Origin: Novakomyces olei
Lineage: Eukaryota
NCBI GenBank assembly: GCA_016906335.1
Contig: JADEYG010000009.1
Span: 124,001-188,000, forward strand
Direction of reading: 5' to 3'
DNA: 64,000 nucleotides
Position 1 is the first letter of the stretch. Every line of letters begins with the position of its first letter. Shown here piece after piece: positions 11,170 to 25,095 of the stretch. The translations under genes and the position numbers were made by a program. The notes beneath the pieces are model-generated. The model did no database searches. It worked only from the letters and a program-made list of their open reading frames with translations, and was not told the origin of the DNA.

Positions 11170-12677
11170 TTATACTAGTGCCCCCGGTAATTCACGCACC
11201 TCTTCTACAGTCATATCCGAGTGTATTCGGAACCGTCGACTTCGCCAGGTTACCATATCTCCGTCCACCATGGCAATAAGCCATATCACGGGGGCTAAAG
11301 ATTCACGCAGTATCCAAGTAATGGCCCAACGGAAGACCCCCCTGTATCCGCCTTGCAATCGAGCGGGTAATTGCAAGTTTGTAAACATCCAAAAATCTGC
11401 CAGTGCCCATACAAAACAATGAATTAAAAATGCATTAATCTTTGAAATTCCAAAATTGCCCAGTAGGCCGGCCCAGCTGAATACGCCAATTGCTCCACAC
11501 AAAAAGCAGTCGGTCAAAGGTTCTACTAAAGTAGCTGCGGTAGTCATATACTTTCTAATACGGATCCAACGCATACGGCGGCCCACATAAGCTCTAAAAG
11601 ACAGGCCTTTACTTATCACTTGACGTACAGAGCCCACTAGTCGGTGGCTGCCCCGGCCTGTCCATAGTTTTTCGCCCATAAGATGGTCCTCCGCAATGTA
11701 CTGAGCCAGGCAGGCAAACCCCTCGTCACCCGTAGCTTTGCGCAGGGCACTTAGCCGATAGATATTGGATTTGCCATTCACACAGGGGGCAATGTTTACA
11801 GTGTTTATGGCCGCGTACATTTTAGCGTGCAGAGTAGTCATGTACATTTCCTCCAACAATGCTCCAAAGCGAGGATTAGCATCAGCACTGTTATACTCGT
11901 GACTGCTGCCGTTGCCCTGTGTGACAGGCAGGTTTCCGTCCTGAGTACAAACCGGCAATTGGTGGACAAGCGTTACTCCTGCGTCATGCGTAAATACGCG
12001 TACCATTTCGCGTAACGCGTTGGGCAATACGCACGCGTTCGAATCAAGTACCCAGCAAAACTGTGCGTCACGTGACATGCGTTGATACGGTCGGATGAGG
12101 TTGCATATCTTAGGGTTAGGGCCTACTTCAGCCTCGCCTGGTTGTTAGTGCCAATGGCATGAGGCAGGGAATCTATTGTATTGCCATAAACCTTACCCAC
12201 TACCAGCTCAGATTGTACGTCTGGAAACCGCTGCTGTGCCGATCTGATAACAGCTACTGCCTCATCATTAGCATCGGCAACAGACATAAAGATCTGGAAC
12301 CGGTTCGGCGGATAATTGAGTCGGAAAGCGGACTCTAAGCACTCGGACAAGTTAATCTCGGCTCCTTTGCACGGCCGAAGAATCGCGACAAAGGGTAAGC
12401 TTTCTGTCGCATCGGAATCATCGGTAAAGGAATTAGAAAGTTCCGCAGCGGCAGCAGTCCTGGACCGGTTGACAATGACGATTCTTACAGTTAGCAATGA
12501 CCCGCTTCGTACAGGTATTTAAAAAAATAAAAAAATAAAAAAATAAAAAATGAAAAAAGAAGAGCTAGTAAATAAAAGTGGATAAGAGTACGCAAATATC
12601 CATCCGAGGAGACTGATCAGCCACACTACGCTCCACCACACTGCTCCTAACAGTGCGAGAGCGGAAGTTACGGTCAT
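11170..12677 (-). CDS. Ceramide glucosyltransferase (GT21). Three exons (~12677-12592, 12483-12197, 12137-11170)
   Basis: N-terminal TM, ILRPCKG, GPNPKICNL, WVLDSN, APCVNGKS, IAEDHL, RRMRWIRIRKYM, EPLTD. Confidence 0.9.
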
Positions 12678-13253
12678 TGACTGAACCAATGAATCAACAA
12701 CAGAGTCTCATTGGCAAAATATAGGAGAATGATGTGTAATTTTATATATGGCCCTCAGATAATCTGTGTGTCGATAATTTAATGTAATTAATTAATAACA
12801 TTAAGGCAGAATAAACGTATGTGTTATCCACGCGTGTAAACGTAGACACGTTAAATGTGAAAATAAACATTTATCATGTACCAAACATCAATTAATATAT
12901 GACAGAGCACGAATTTTAGAACCGCTTGTAATAACCCAACGACATATGCCTTCGTTCTATGGCCAAAAACGGTCAGAATTGGTTTGCATTAATGCGGGAA
13001 AAGACGAGCATGAGCTCGTGCGAGTTACTACACTAGTCCCGAATGTCACATCTAACACTACATTACAGCACTCTTCGAGAGACATAGTCACATTTAATAC
13101 AGCTGCATGCCTTTATCGATGGCCAACGTGTGTTGAGCCACATTTTCTGCTGTCTAAAAGAATTCTCAAAGCCTTAAATGGTCGAAGCCGAGGATTTACG
13201 TATTGTGTAGTCTTGTTATTCCAATGTTTATCCATATACATCGCTTATACATA

Positions 13254-13319
13254 ATGTTACATACGTACGTTACATATACGTACGTTACATATACGTACGT
13301 TACACACGTACGTTACATG
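13254..13319. repeat. ~16-bp tandem repeat TACGTACGTTACATA (about four copies)
   Basis: atacgtacgttacat repeated with small variations. Confidence 0.85.
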
Positions 13320-13715
13320 TGTTTATCTTAATCGAGAGTGGGCAGCTGTGTTTATTTGATAATTATTCATTTTTAAGTCGCACAAATCCGGCCAAATTGC
13401 CAAATTAACCACATAACAAATTCAACCACCGCCTCGTGTTAGCCGTTAACAAGTAATACTCGCCCGGCCGATGGTGACGAAGATCGGTACTGCCATTTTG
13501 CATTTGTTGTGAGAGTCTGAGTTTGACGAGTCGGCAGAAATGCACTCTTGATCCGATCAATTTCTTCTTTGTTGACCAGTTTTTGTCAACGCAGTTAATT
13601 TTCGGCGAACAAGGCTTTAGCCACAAATCACCGAGCATTATAGTGTTTTTGAGCGCTTTTTCGGGTTAGAGAAGGCGCAACAAGAAAAACGTCGATCAAG
13701 ATACATTGACTTGCA

Positions 13716-15943
13716 ATGGTCGCAGACGCGACGCGGCCGGCAACGGCCGGCAACGGCCTTCTTGCACGGCTGCCTGCCTGGAGTTTTATAGTCGTTTGGA
13801 TTATCTGCTCCGGGAGTGTTATTTTATTCAACAAATGGATCTTGGATACGGCTCAGTTTGGTATGACAGGCAATGCATCGTTATTGTTAAAGATTCAACG
13901 TTTGATTAGGAGCTCTGTTATTGGTCGGCTCTTTGCCGCGTTTCAGGATTGCCTTGTTCTGTTTCTGATTGTCCAATGCTTTCCGCCTTCTGTCCTTTTT
14001 CTATTCCCAGTCAGGCCAATCGATACTTTATTACGTCTTTTTTTTTATGAGCACACGTACATTGACTCATGCAGTGCTAACAAACAGCCTTCCCTATTAC
14101 ATTGACCGCTTGGCATCTCATTTTCGCTACAATTGCCACCCAAATACTGGCAAGGACTACCTCGCTACTCGATGGAATCCGCCGTGTTCCAATGACACGA
14201 CAGATATATGTTCGTACAATCTTGCCAATCGGTTTCTTTTTCAGTCTCAGCTTAATTTGCTCTAATGTGGCCTACTTGTACCTGTCGGTGGCCTTTATCC
14301 AGATGTTGAAAGCTACTACGCCCGTGGTCGTTTTGCTCACAACATGGTGCTTGCAAATGGATCGGCCCAATTTGGGCGTCTTCATGAACGTTCTTTGGAT
14401 CGTGGCTGGAATAATGATTGCTAGTTATGGAGAGCTTCATTTCATTTTTACCGGCTTTGTCTTTCAAGCCTTGGGCATCTTATTTGAAAGCATCCGTTTA
14501 GCAGCAGTGCAACGGCTGTTGAGCGGCGAAGATTTCAAAATGGATCCACTTGTTTCCCTCTACTATTTCGCTCCAGCCTGTGCCGTCATGAATGGATTCG
14601 TTGCCCTGGTCATGGAAGCGCCTAAACTGACTTTACAGAGTGTGGCAAGCGTTGGCTACTCCACTTTACTGCTAAACGCAGTAGTTGCCTTTGCCCTCAA
14701 TTTGTCTGTAGTGTTTTTAATTGGCAAAACTTCTGTTCTCGTGCTTACCCTTTCTGGAGTGCTTAAGGACATACTGTTGGTCGGAGCCAGTATTGCTATT
14801 TGGCACACGCACGTGGCTAAAACTCAGGCGTTCGGCTACACTTTTGCCCTAACTGGGCTCATCTACTTCAAATTGGGCCGTAAAAAGCTCAAAGAAGCTC
14901 GTGATCAAATACTTGGATTTTTTAATGAAAAGAACTCTGCCGGCAGTCTTCGTCGGCCGCTTTTTCTAGGGACTGCAGCTCTACTGCTTACTGGCATTTT
15001 CTTCTTCTCTTCAAGTTTCGTGGCGGCTAAGGGACAAGGCGGAGACTCGGTTTCCTCTGATTCAAGCCCGCTGGGCCAGTGGCAGCCGCCCTCTAAATTT
15101 GACTATGAAGTAGGCACCTTTGGAGGCTTGAGGCACGATGCTTTCCGGCCTACAAGGCGTTTAGATATAGTGCTGGCACTTTATAAGGAGGACCCAAAGC
15201 AAGTTCGGCAGAAGATAAATCGATTACTGGAAGTTCCCTCTATTGCCGAGAGGGAGCCTTACATAATAGCGTATACAAAGGACGAGGAGGCTGATGTGGG
15301 AGCATTGAGGCAGACGCTGCTTGTAAACGAAGTAGTTCGCCTGCCCAATCGTGGACGTGAGGGGGATACATTCTTGCAGCATATTGTTTCACGCTACAAC
15401 AACTTGGCAAAGCATACAATTTTCCTGCAGGGCGATGTGCATCACGAATCAAAGATCCTGAGCCGGATTCGACGACGGTTCCGCGAGGATACCGGCGTCC
15501 TCTCTCTCGGGCAGCAGTACCATGTCTGCGACTGCAATTACTGCCAGGATCCATGGGGAGGTAGTGATATCTGGTACAGACTGCCCGAGATATACACCAT
15601 GGTTTTCCGTGATTTCTGTCCTAGAGAAGGGCTCGTAATGTCCTACACGGGGCAAACCGTGGTTAGCGCTAAACGAATACGCAGTACTGAACGATTTGTG
15701 TACGAAACAGTACTGCAAACTCTGGAGTCTACAAAGAACAACTTTATTCATTTTGACTGGGAAAGGGATCCCAATTTGCAGGCTCGGTTCAGGGACACTT
15801 ATGATGACCCATTCTTTGGACACACTATTGAACGGTCCTGGATGACCTTGTTCCACTGCAATGATGTGAAAATGGCAGAGCAATGCAAAAATCTAATGGA
15901 CGATGAGAATATTAATGGCGAATGCCAGTGTTTAGACATGTGA
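13716..15943 (+). CDS. glfB: UDP-galactofuranose transporter (GlfB/UgtA-like, TPT/SLC35 family) fused to a C-terminal DUF3431-like domain, 666 aa. Exons 13716-13860, 14088-15943
   Basis: VILFNKWIL, FPITLTAWHL, YLYLSVAFIQMLKATTP, KMDPLVSLYYFAP, LIGKTS..LTLSGVLKDIL. After an extra TM comes a soluble domain with LPNRGREGDTFLQHIV..Y..L..HTIFLQG and GHTIERSW. Confidence 0.85.
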
Positions 15944-16776
15944 GGATGCAGGATTTGATTCTAGTTTGTAGGGTTTGGCTGCTAATTTATCTGTTTTTTG
16001 TTGCTTGCTTACCATTTTCATCCTTTTTTCTGCCACTGTTTACTTTGCATTATACCATTTCTTGTTACACTTCAGTGTTTGCCGAATTGCTCGACATTTA
16101 TGGTGCTCTATGCATTTCACGTCACGCCGATTTCCTTCATTAATTTGTTGTTTCTGTTACCGATGTTTGCTTGTTTTATTTACTACACTAATATTCTTTG
16201 TTCTATATAATCATTGCTTCAGACTCATGCCGAGTTTATTGTATATGCATTTCAGTCTGATAAACTAAAGAGACAGTACGTTTAATTGCATATATTTGAA
16301 TATTCCTACGCTCTCACAAGTTGTATAGGCTGTCTGTGTAAAAGTTGCCGTCGAATTGGATGTCCGTTGGGAATGTAGATGATCGTCCGGATACTATGAC
16401 GATTTACCATTATAATACTTATTTACAGAACTATGTATTGCGAAAATACAGTTAGTGCACAAAAAACCGGTTTATTTCCACATACAATATCCGTAGTTAC
16501 GGGTATATAACTTGAAACACCATAGCAGAATAATACTCGCCAATTTTGAGTACGAACCGCAGCACTGCAGTAAGGTTACTTGTATTACCTGCGGCGGTAA
16601 TACAGCGTAAATAATGTGCACATTTTCAGATCATTGAACAGGTTTCCAATTGCGCCAAATCTGTGAAAAGCAGATTGCAATTGAGGTTAAACTGTCGTTG
16701 CAATTACAAAAGATCAAAGGTTTTTGTCGTTTGAAAGACACAAGCTTTCAATCCCATTTTGGGTCTTGCACAGATC

Positions 16777-18721
<1,945 letters not shown>

Positions 18722-19222
18722 CTCAAAAAATAATACTTTTTCCACTTGTTTATTTTATGATTGAATTTGATGTAACTATTGTGTAGTCGGATTGTCTCAT
18801 GACTGAGACTATGCGCGTATCGTTATCCTTTGGCTATTTATTAGACTGTTTCCTGATTTTGTGATCGATTGGGCCGTTGGCTTTGTCGAGAGATACATTG
18901 TGACTATCTGATCAGCTGACTATTTGTATTTTACCGCGTTTATGTGCATTATCTTCATTTTGCCATAGATTAATCTTGCACCGTCCTCTACAAACGCCGT
19001 GCTCAAGTCGTAAATATCGATAACTAGTCCATATTTTATTATTATCCTTATTATAAATACGAAGTACCCTAATTAATTACTAACCACAGTTTTCTCTATA
19101 TATTTCACTGTCTATTTTATTTTATTGTATTATAATTTCTTTTTTATTAAATTATTGTATTATTGGTGCCATATATCATGGTACCAATTAATTTGTTTTT
19201 GATTGAATAAATCAATACCCAA

Positions 19223-19473
19223 ATGGCGGCAAAAAAGTCAAGGTAAGGGAGAATTGGATTTGGGGTTCCGATTAACGCATGTTAGGAATATCCTTGTCCG
19301 GCTCGTCTCGGAAGCCGCCACCGGCTATTTTTATACCATCCAGCGTCCGCGATCAAAGCCTCCGATCCGAACTATAAAGTTTGATCCTCGGTACGACCTC
19401 TTGAAATTTCGTGTGACTAATTGGCAGGGTTAACCGGCGATGCGTTTTCGTCGAGCACAAGCATCCTCGATAA
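19223..19473 (+). CDS. MRPL39: Mitochondrial ribosomal protein bL33m. Exons 19223-19242, 19286-19390, 19428-19473
   Basis: Spliced: MAAKKSRNILVRLVSEAATGYFYTIQRPRSKPPIRTIKFDPRVNRRCVFVEHKHPR. Canonical GT-AG introns of 43 and 37 nt. Confidence 0.88.
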
Positions 19474-19982
19474 AAACAAAATGATATCACATCTCGAATC
19501 TGGAATGGCTTGTTGACGCCGGGTCAATTTGCCTATTATTAATAAATAAATTGATTAATAAATTAATTAATAAAAAATAGTTTTTGTTTGTTTTAAAACT
19601 GGGTTTGTGTGAGGTTTAACACTCATAATTGTATGGCATATTGACCAAGTTTACGAGCTCAGTATCGAGAAATTGCCTGTGGGCTCTACCGTGCAAGACT
19701 CTTGTATGGTCTTTGTAAGAGCCTGTCTACTGTTAAATCTGATGGAACGATTACGCTCGATTCCCGTCGAGTTGCTTGACCTTTAAAGCAATGCTTTTAT
19801 ACACCGATCGCTATTACTTTCTGGTTGTATTCATAAGAAATTAAAATGCTAACATTGCTCGTTAGCTCCAAACTTTTTCAGTATTAATTGCCTCTTAAGC
19901 TATAAAGATACACACTAGATCTATCTTTACCCGATGCCCTGTACCCACTTTTAATTACATTTTTAAAATTATAATCGATCCA

Positions 19983-21887
19983 TTATGAAACAAGCAAACG
20001 AGCCTCCTTCCATACTCGAGCCATTAGTACGTCGTCATTAGCGACGGGAATCATACGCGTTAGTATTGTCATGCAATCGTCAAAAGATCCCGCGAGCAAA
20101 ATATGCCTTAGACAGTGCAGCAACGCCTGCGCTACTGCCAGTAAGATTTTATTCGATTCATCACCGGCAAAAATTACCACGTCCCACACCCGTAATTGAG
20201 TGTGAAAAGGTAAGGAGTAATGAAACAATGTCAGGAACCAGCGGGTAGCAAAAGCCGCTGGTTCAATTCCCAGCTCGAGTAAATGGTTTCCCTGCCTAGT
20301 TTTGCCCATCAGCATTCTAAGCTGCTCAAAGAGATCAAACAGTCCGGAAAACCCTGATTCGTAGAGCCGGGCCAGTCCTCGTCGCCGCCAAAGACTGATC
20401 ATGACTACAAATGCCTCCTCTTCCGTATAATAAAGCAAAAGAGTAGCGGCAATTGAAGCCATCCCCTGGACATAACCAGCAGTGCCGGGTACTTGAGAGA
20501 TGCCGTGAAGTATATGGAAAAGCGCACATTGACCAGATCCGTACCTTTGCTGGAAAAGTACATGACCAGCCACAGTTCGGGGCACATCAAGATCAATTTG
20601 TACATCTTCCGTCACTGGATGCGAGCAGTATTGATGATACTGAGCTGCCAGTGAAGCTTCTTGCTCGGCTTTTATACCCAGAAATGATCTCCAGGCAGCT
20701 GAACGCCATCTGTCCGGGATCCCCTTGTAAACTCGCGATTGCAGTTTTGCTTGAGTGGGAAAATAGACTTGTTGTGTGCCCAGTCGAAGGTTGGGCGTTT
20801 CGATTCTCGCCATTGAGAGCCATTTAGTCATGCGGCGGCTCTCACGTTTACGTTGGCCTCGTAAGAGCCGAGGCGAAGGCTCGCGTAATACTTTATCTGA
20901 CGCATTTTTAAAGTTGTCTCTTGAAACGCTGTTGCTCTCTGTCAAGTAAAAGCCGTAACGGTCAGTAGGCTCATAGGGTTTTGTACCTTTCCGATCGGTA
21001 ATAGTATCAATATTGCTATTATTATTGTTATTTGTATGATGGCCGACTTTGCTACTTTTATTCGTATTAATATCGCCATTCTCTTCAATTTCAGTCTGAG
21101 AATTAGACGTAATGGTATCTCCAGTTTGGTATGCTGATTTGCCGTTTCCCACTGAGGCCGTTCCCTTTCCGGAGTCGATCATTGGTTTTGGCTCTGAGCC
21201 TCTTCCACAATAAATCTGCCAGATAGATCGGGCCTGGTCCGAGACTTGAGGTCCATCTTCATCAGAAGCACGGGGCAAAGGACGCGTTTTACTGCCCGAC
21301 TCGTTTCCTTGCAAGGAGCCATGGTTTAAAGATGATGAGAGGGGCTTGATGTGGCCTGCAGGCGCATGAGCCATTGTACTAATCTTTTGATCATCGTAAT
21401 TATGCTCGCCTTGCTGTGTACTCCATTGTGATTGTGCAGAATCATTCTTTTCATAGTGGCCTATCGTTTCTGCATTTTTAATATTGTTCTTTTCAATACG
21501 GTCTTTTCCCATATTCGATCTCTCTGCGGAGAATGATTTTTGCCGGACTGATTGGCCGTCTGTCTGTGTAGTATTATCCGGCGGAAAAGCCACATCAAAT
21601 TTATCGTGAGCCCTTTCACCCTCCTTCACACACCCAGAACCTTTACTGTCGCTTTCCTTTGTTTCGTGGGAATCAGCATTTGAATCGGAGCAAGTACCAT
21701 TGAGGGAGGGTACTGCATCCGTATTCAGGCTCTTTGTAGTGGCGCCATTGAAATCAAGACTTTGCTGTGCATATCGAGCCTCTGGCGCAGCTGCTACCGT
21801 AACAGGACTGTTTCCTGCTTTGGGTTTGGGGGGTTCCGCGTCGTTGCAAAAGTGGGCAGTTGGCACGTCGCCAGCGACGTCCTGCAT
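19983..21887 (-). CDS. TBC-domain Rab GTPase-activating protein
   Basis: DRYGF, RVYKGIPDRWR, IDLDVPRT (R-finger), GYVQGM (Q-finger), FATRWFLTLF, LRVWD. Long disordered N-terminus; an upstream exon cannot be excluded. Confidence 0.88.
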   Translation of the reverse strand: MQDVAGDVPTAHFCNDAEPPKPKAGNSPVTVAAAPEARYAQQSLDFNGATTKSLNTDAVPSLNGTCSDSNADSHETKESDSKGSGCVKEGERAHDKFDVAFPPDNTTQTDGQSVRQKSFSAERSNMGKDRIEKNNIKNAETIGHYEKNDSAQSQWSTQQGEHNYDDQKISTMAHAPAGHIKPLSSSLNHGSLQGNESGSKTRPLPRASDEDGPQVSDQARSIWQIYCGRGSEPKPMIDSGKGTASVGNGKSAYQTGDTITSNSQTEIEENGDINTNKSSKVGHHTNNNNNSNIDTITDRKGTKPYEPTDRYGFYLTESNSVSRDNFKNASDKVLREPSPRLLRGQRKRESRRMTKWLSMARIETPNLRLGTQQVYFPTQAKLQSRVYKGIPDRWRSAAWRSFLGIKAEQEASLAAQYHQYCSHPVTEDVQIDLDVPRTVAGHVLFQQRYGSGQCALFHILHGISQVPGTAGYVQGMASIAATLLLYYTEEEAFVVMISLWRRRGLARLYESGFSGLFDLFEQLRMLMGKTRQGNHLLELGIEPAAFATRWFLTLFHYSLPFHTQLRVWDVVIFAGDESNKILLAVAQALLHCLRHILLAGSFDDCMTILTRMIPVANDDVLMARVWKEARLLVS

Positions 21888-22657
21888 CTGCCACGACGCG
21901 TTCTTTTTAATTTATTTATTATCAAATCTATTTACCGGATTATTTTATTATATTCCATTATTTGTTAATATTCTATTATTTATTAATATTCTGGTATTTA
22001 TTAATATTCCGTCATTTATTAATGTTCCGTCATATATTAATGTTCCATCGTTTTATTAGTTTTCCATTTTTTTTAATTATTATTATTATATTATTAATAC
22101 TATTGTTATATATACCTCAAGTGATCGACATTCAGGGTTGATCGCAGCCTCATAGCGAGCCTTCAAGTATAAACGAGAGATTTGCTTTATATAGTGAAAA
22201 GAGGGGAAATAATGGGCATTTTACTTTGGATATTCATGTCACGTTACAAACGCCATTTATATGAGCAATATTGATCGAGTAATAATTGCAATATCTTCAT
22301 TGCGTAATTTGCCATTTTCTTGTTTGCCGTGTGCACAAAGTATAGTCTCTCGTAATTCAATTTACTCTTTAATCCGATATTTACGCTTTATCTGAATTTA
22401 CCTTTATCTGGACGAAGGATTACAGACAAACCGGATTACTCAATCAGTGCATGATGTCACGGTACGAGCACATCACGAGACGAAATCGCGCCATGTGTGA
22501 GGGCAAATAAAAACCCATTACTTTTCGACGGGTGTGCTACGGAAACCGGCTTTCCCCGGATCTTCCCCATAATATAAAGCCGCGTGGAGTCCAGTCGAAC
22601 ACTTGCAGCAATCATACTACACTTGACCCGCGGTATCTTGATCTCTTTCTTTCAACA

Positions 22658-23161
22658 ATGGCTCTCGATAAAGGCAGCAAGCAGAACCAGGGAAACAACA
22701 GCTACAGCTCTTCATCATACGAAGAATCTTCTTACTCGTACGCTTCAGGCGGAGGGAAAGACGGCAGTGGAAACTTTGACGTTTACCGCTCACATCGTTC
22801 CTCTTCCCAGGAAGGCGATCAAGCGCCTGTTGTTTCCGGAGACGAACGTTACATGCGCGGAGATATCGACAAGGTAAAATCCCGACTCTTGGACGACGTT
22901 TGGCTTTGTTGTACTATTTTTTATCCTGTTCAAGCTCAATTTGATTCTAGTTTTTTTTTTTATTTTTTTTTTGTTCAGCCTTGTCCCTTTTTTGATCGTA
23001 TCAATATCTATTCAATATTGTAACAAAATAGGCTAACATTCTAGGACGGATATGCTAAAGTAAAAGACTCGGGTGAGAGACAGCTGGGAGAGGATGCATT
23101 CCGTCCAATTGGTGGCGCTGAGTCTGCTCAGCATGCACGCATTGAAGGCGAGCAAAAGTAG
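22658..23161 (+). CDS. 110-aa hydrophilic Ser/Gly-rich protein of unknown function. Exons 22658-22873, 23045-23161
   Basis: TATAAA at ~22573, ACAATGG start, GTAAAA donor and GCTAAC-ATTCTAG acceptor in phase 0; exon 2 reads through to TAG. Confidence 0.7.
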
Positions 23162-23530
23162 ACAGCGCTTAACTCTCTTGTGAATTAATTCCCGGGTTTC
23201 ATTCTAGTGCGATTTCTCTCTCTAGGCAGTGCGTTTTGTTTAGTTGATAATTACCAACTGTGCGCATGATTTGGTTGACTGTATACAATAGATATATTTA
23301 GAAATCTTACTGAATTACCATGGTTGTAGAACTCATTTTGATATTCATGTGAGAGCAGGTACAGGATGGAACACGGAATAGCAACGCCATGAATTTCGAC
23401 GCGAATTTCGACGCCGATTCCGATTATACTTAAAATGCCCAAAGGATGCAAGCATCGAAAGATCAAGTACCGATCATCATGTTTGTCATGTAGTGTACAG
23501 TTTTTATTGTGCGTTTTCTCCATCTGCAGC

Positions 23531-23870
23531 CTACTTTGCCCATTCCTCGGGCGTGTAAGATTTCTACAACAGTTAGAATTGCGCAAATAAACCTTGTTAT
23601 GTCTCTGTACCTGTGAAAACGCATGCAATCCAGCAATCTCATCCTTTAAAGCGCTGTTCACCAAACGATGCCGTTTCAGCGTATTCAGCCCGGCAAAAAC
23701 AGGGCTGACGATTACAACTTCAAATGATTGACCACATCCTCCCGAGATATCTTTAGCTTCCTTTATATCGGGTTAGTATACATGCTTCTCTAAACGAGCT
23801 ATTAGATTACAGTGTGGACGGCACTGAGCCGGGTACGGACTGCTTCCTCAATCGTTGCCACGTCCACCAT
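23531..23870 (-). CDS. BOL2: BolA-family protein (Bol2/Fra2-type), 80 aa. Exons 23870-23811, 23760-23611, 23563-23531
   Basis: Spliced: [80 protein letters not shown], with DxSGGCG, RHRLVN, HAFSQ and TPEEW signatures. Confidence 0.92.
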
Positions 23871-24326
23871 TGTATCCTATACGCCCCTAAAGAATCTAAG
23901 AGCCCAATGGATCTTCACCGTCGTCCAAGTAGGAATTGAATTTAACAGTTGGGTCCAATCACGTATGATATAATCGCCCGAAATATATAATAAGGGAGAA
24001 AGAACTATATACAATTGACACAATTTTGACACGATTAACAACAGCTTAGCACACTTATAATAGAGAATAAGAATATCGTAAAAAGAAGAGCAAAAGAAGA
24101 ATATATAGAAATATATTATAATATGATTTATGAACAAAAGGCAGACGAGCTGAGATAATATTTTATCGTATATATTATCGAATAGTCGTGGAATTATTAT
24201 TAGATGGTATAAGGAATATTCCACAAATTAATTTTTGTAAACTGAGATTACCAGAATATAGGCCCGTCGGCATCTTGCTTAATCCTGCAAAGATACGCTA
24301 TTAGTGCTAACTAAAACACACAGAGT

Positions 24327-24781
24327 ATGGCGTCAGCCATAGCTATTGGAACAGGCGTTGCCGCAGCGGCTTTAGTGGTAAGTGAGTAGGTGAAACGTTT
24401 GCCTGTGAATCTTTATCGATTTAAATATTTCTCTAAATGGATCATTCCTGACTTTTTCGCTAGGGCCGAATCGGCTTGGGAGCATGGACTCGGTACCGTG
24501 CGGGCTCTTCTGCTCTCGGAAAAGCTTTCTATAAGGGCGGATTCGAACAAAAAATGACACGCAATGAAGCAGCCTTAATCCTGGGTCTTAAAGAGCGTGG
24601 TCTGACCCGAACAAAGCTGAAAGAACACCATCGCAAGCTTATGCTCGCAAACCATCCGGATCGTGGCGGCAGTCCATTTATTGCCAGCAAAGTCAATGAG
24701 GCCAAGTCATTACTTGAAAAAGATCGCAGTATACGAGGATTTTCAACGTGGGCAAGTTCACGGGTGCCTCCTCGGCAGTAG
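24327..24781 (+). CDS. PAM18: Mitochondrial import motor J-protein Pam18/Tim14. Exons 24327-24377, 24464-24781
   Basis: FYKGGFEQKMTRNEAALILG, NHPDRGGSPFIASKVNEAK; hydrophobic N-terminal exon. Confidence 0.93.
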
Positions 24782-25095
24782 ATGGATATTACAAGGGGAG
24801 GAGACTGCAGGAAAGTATGTCATTAAAGGATTAATTACAGGCTTCTATTGTCTGCACTGGAAAGGCTCGGAGGATTGAAGAAACTGGATATTTCGGCTGT
24901 GTTTATTTAGGATACCATCATAAAAGAAATGTTTTATTTTTATTCTAATTATTTATTGGTTCATTGTAGAGCAGTAGCAAGATACAACAAGAGCCATTTC
25001 TTGAAATCCGATAAAGGTTTTAGGTTGAATACGACACGCAACTTGTTAAATATTGAAAGGTATAAATTAATAATTAGTTTAAATAAATAAACGAA

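Noticed and set aside
12110-12122. TTAGGGTTAGGG telomere-like motif
   Set aside because: It is the antisense of the conserved GPNPK codons of ceramide glucosyltransferase.
12946-13254. 102-aa ORF between the GT21 gene and the transporter
   Set aside because: No recognisable motif or coding-like composition; cannot be supported.
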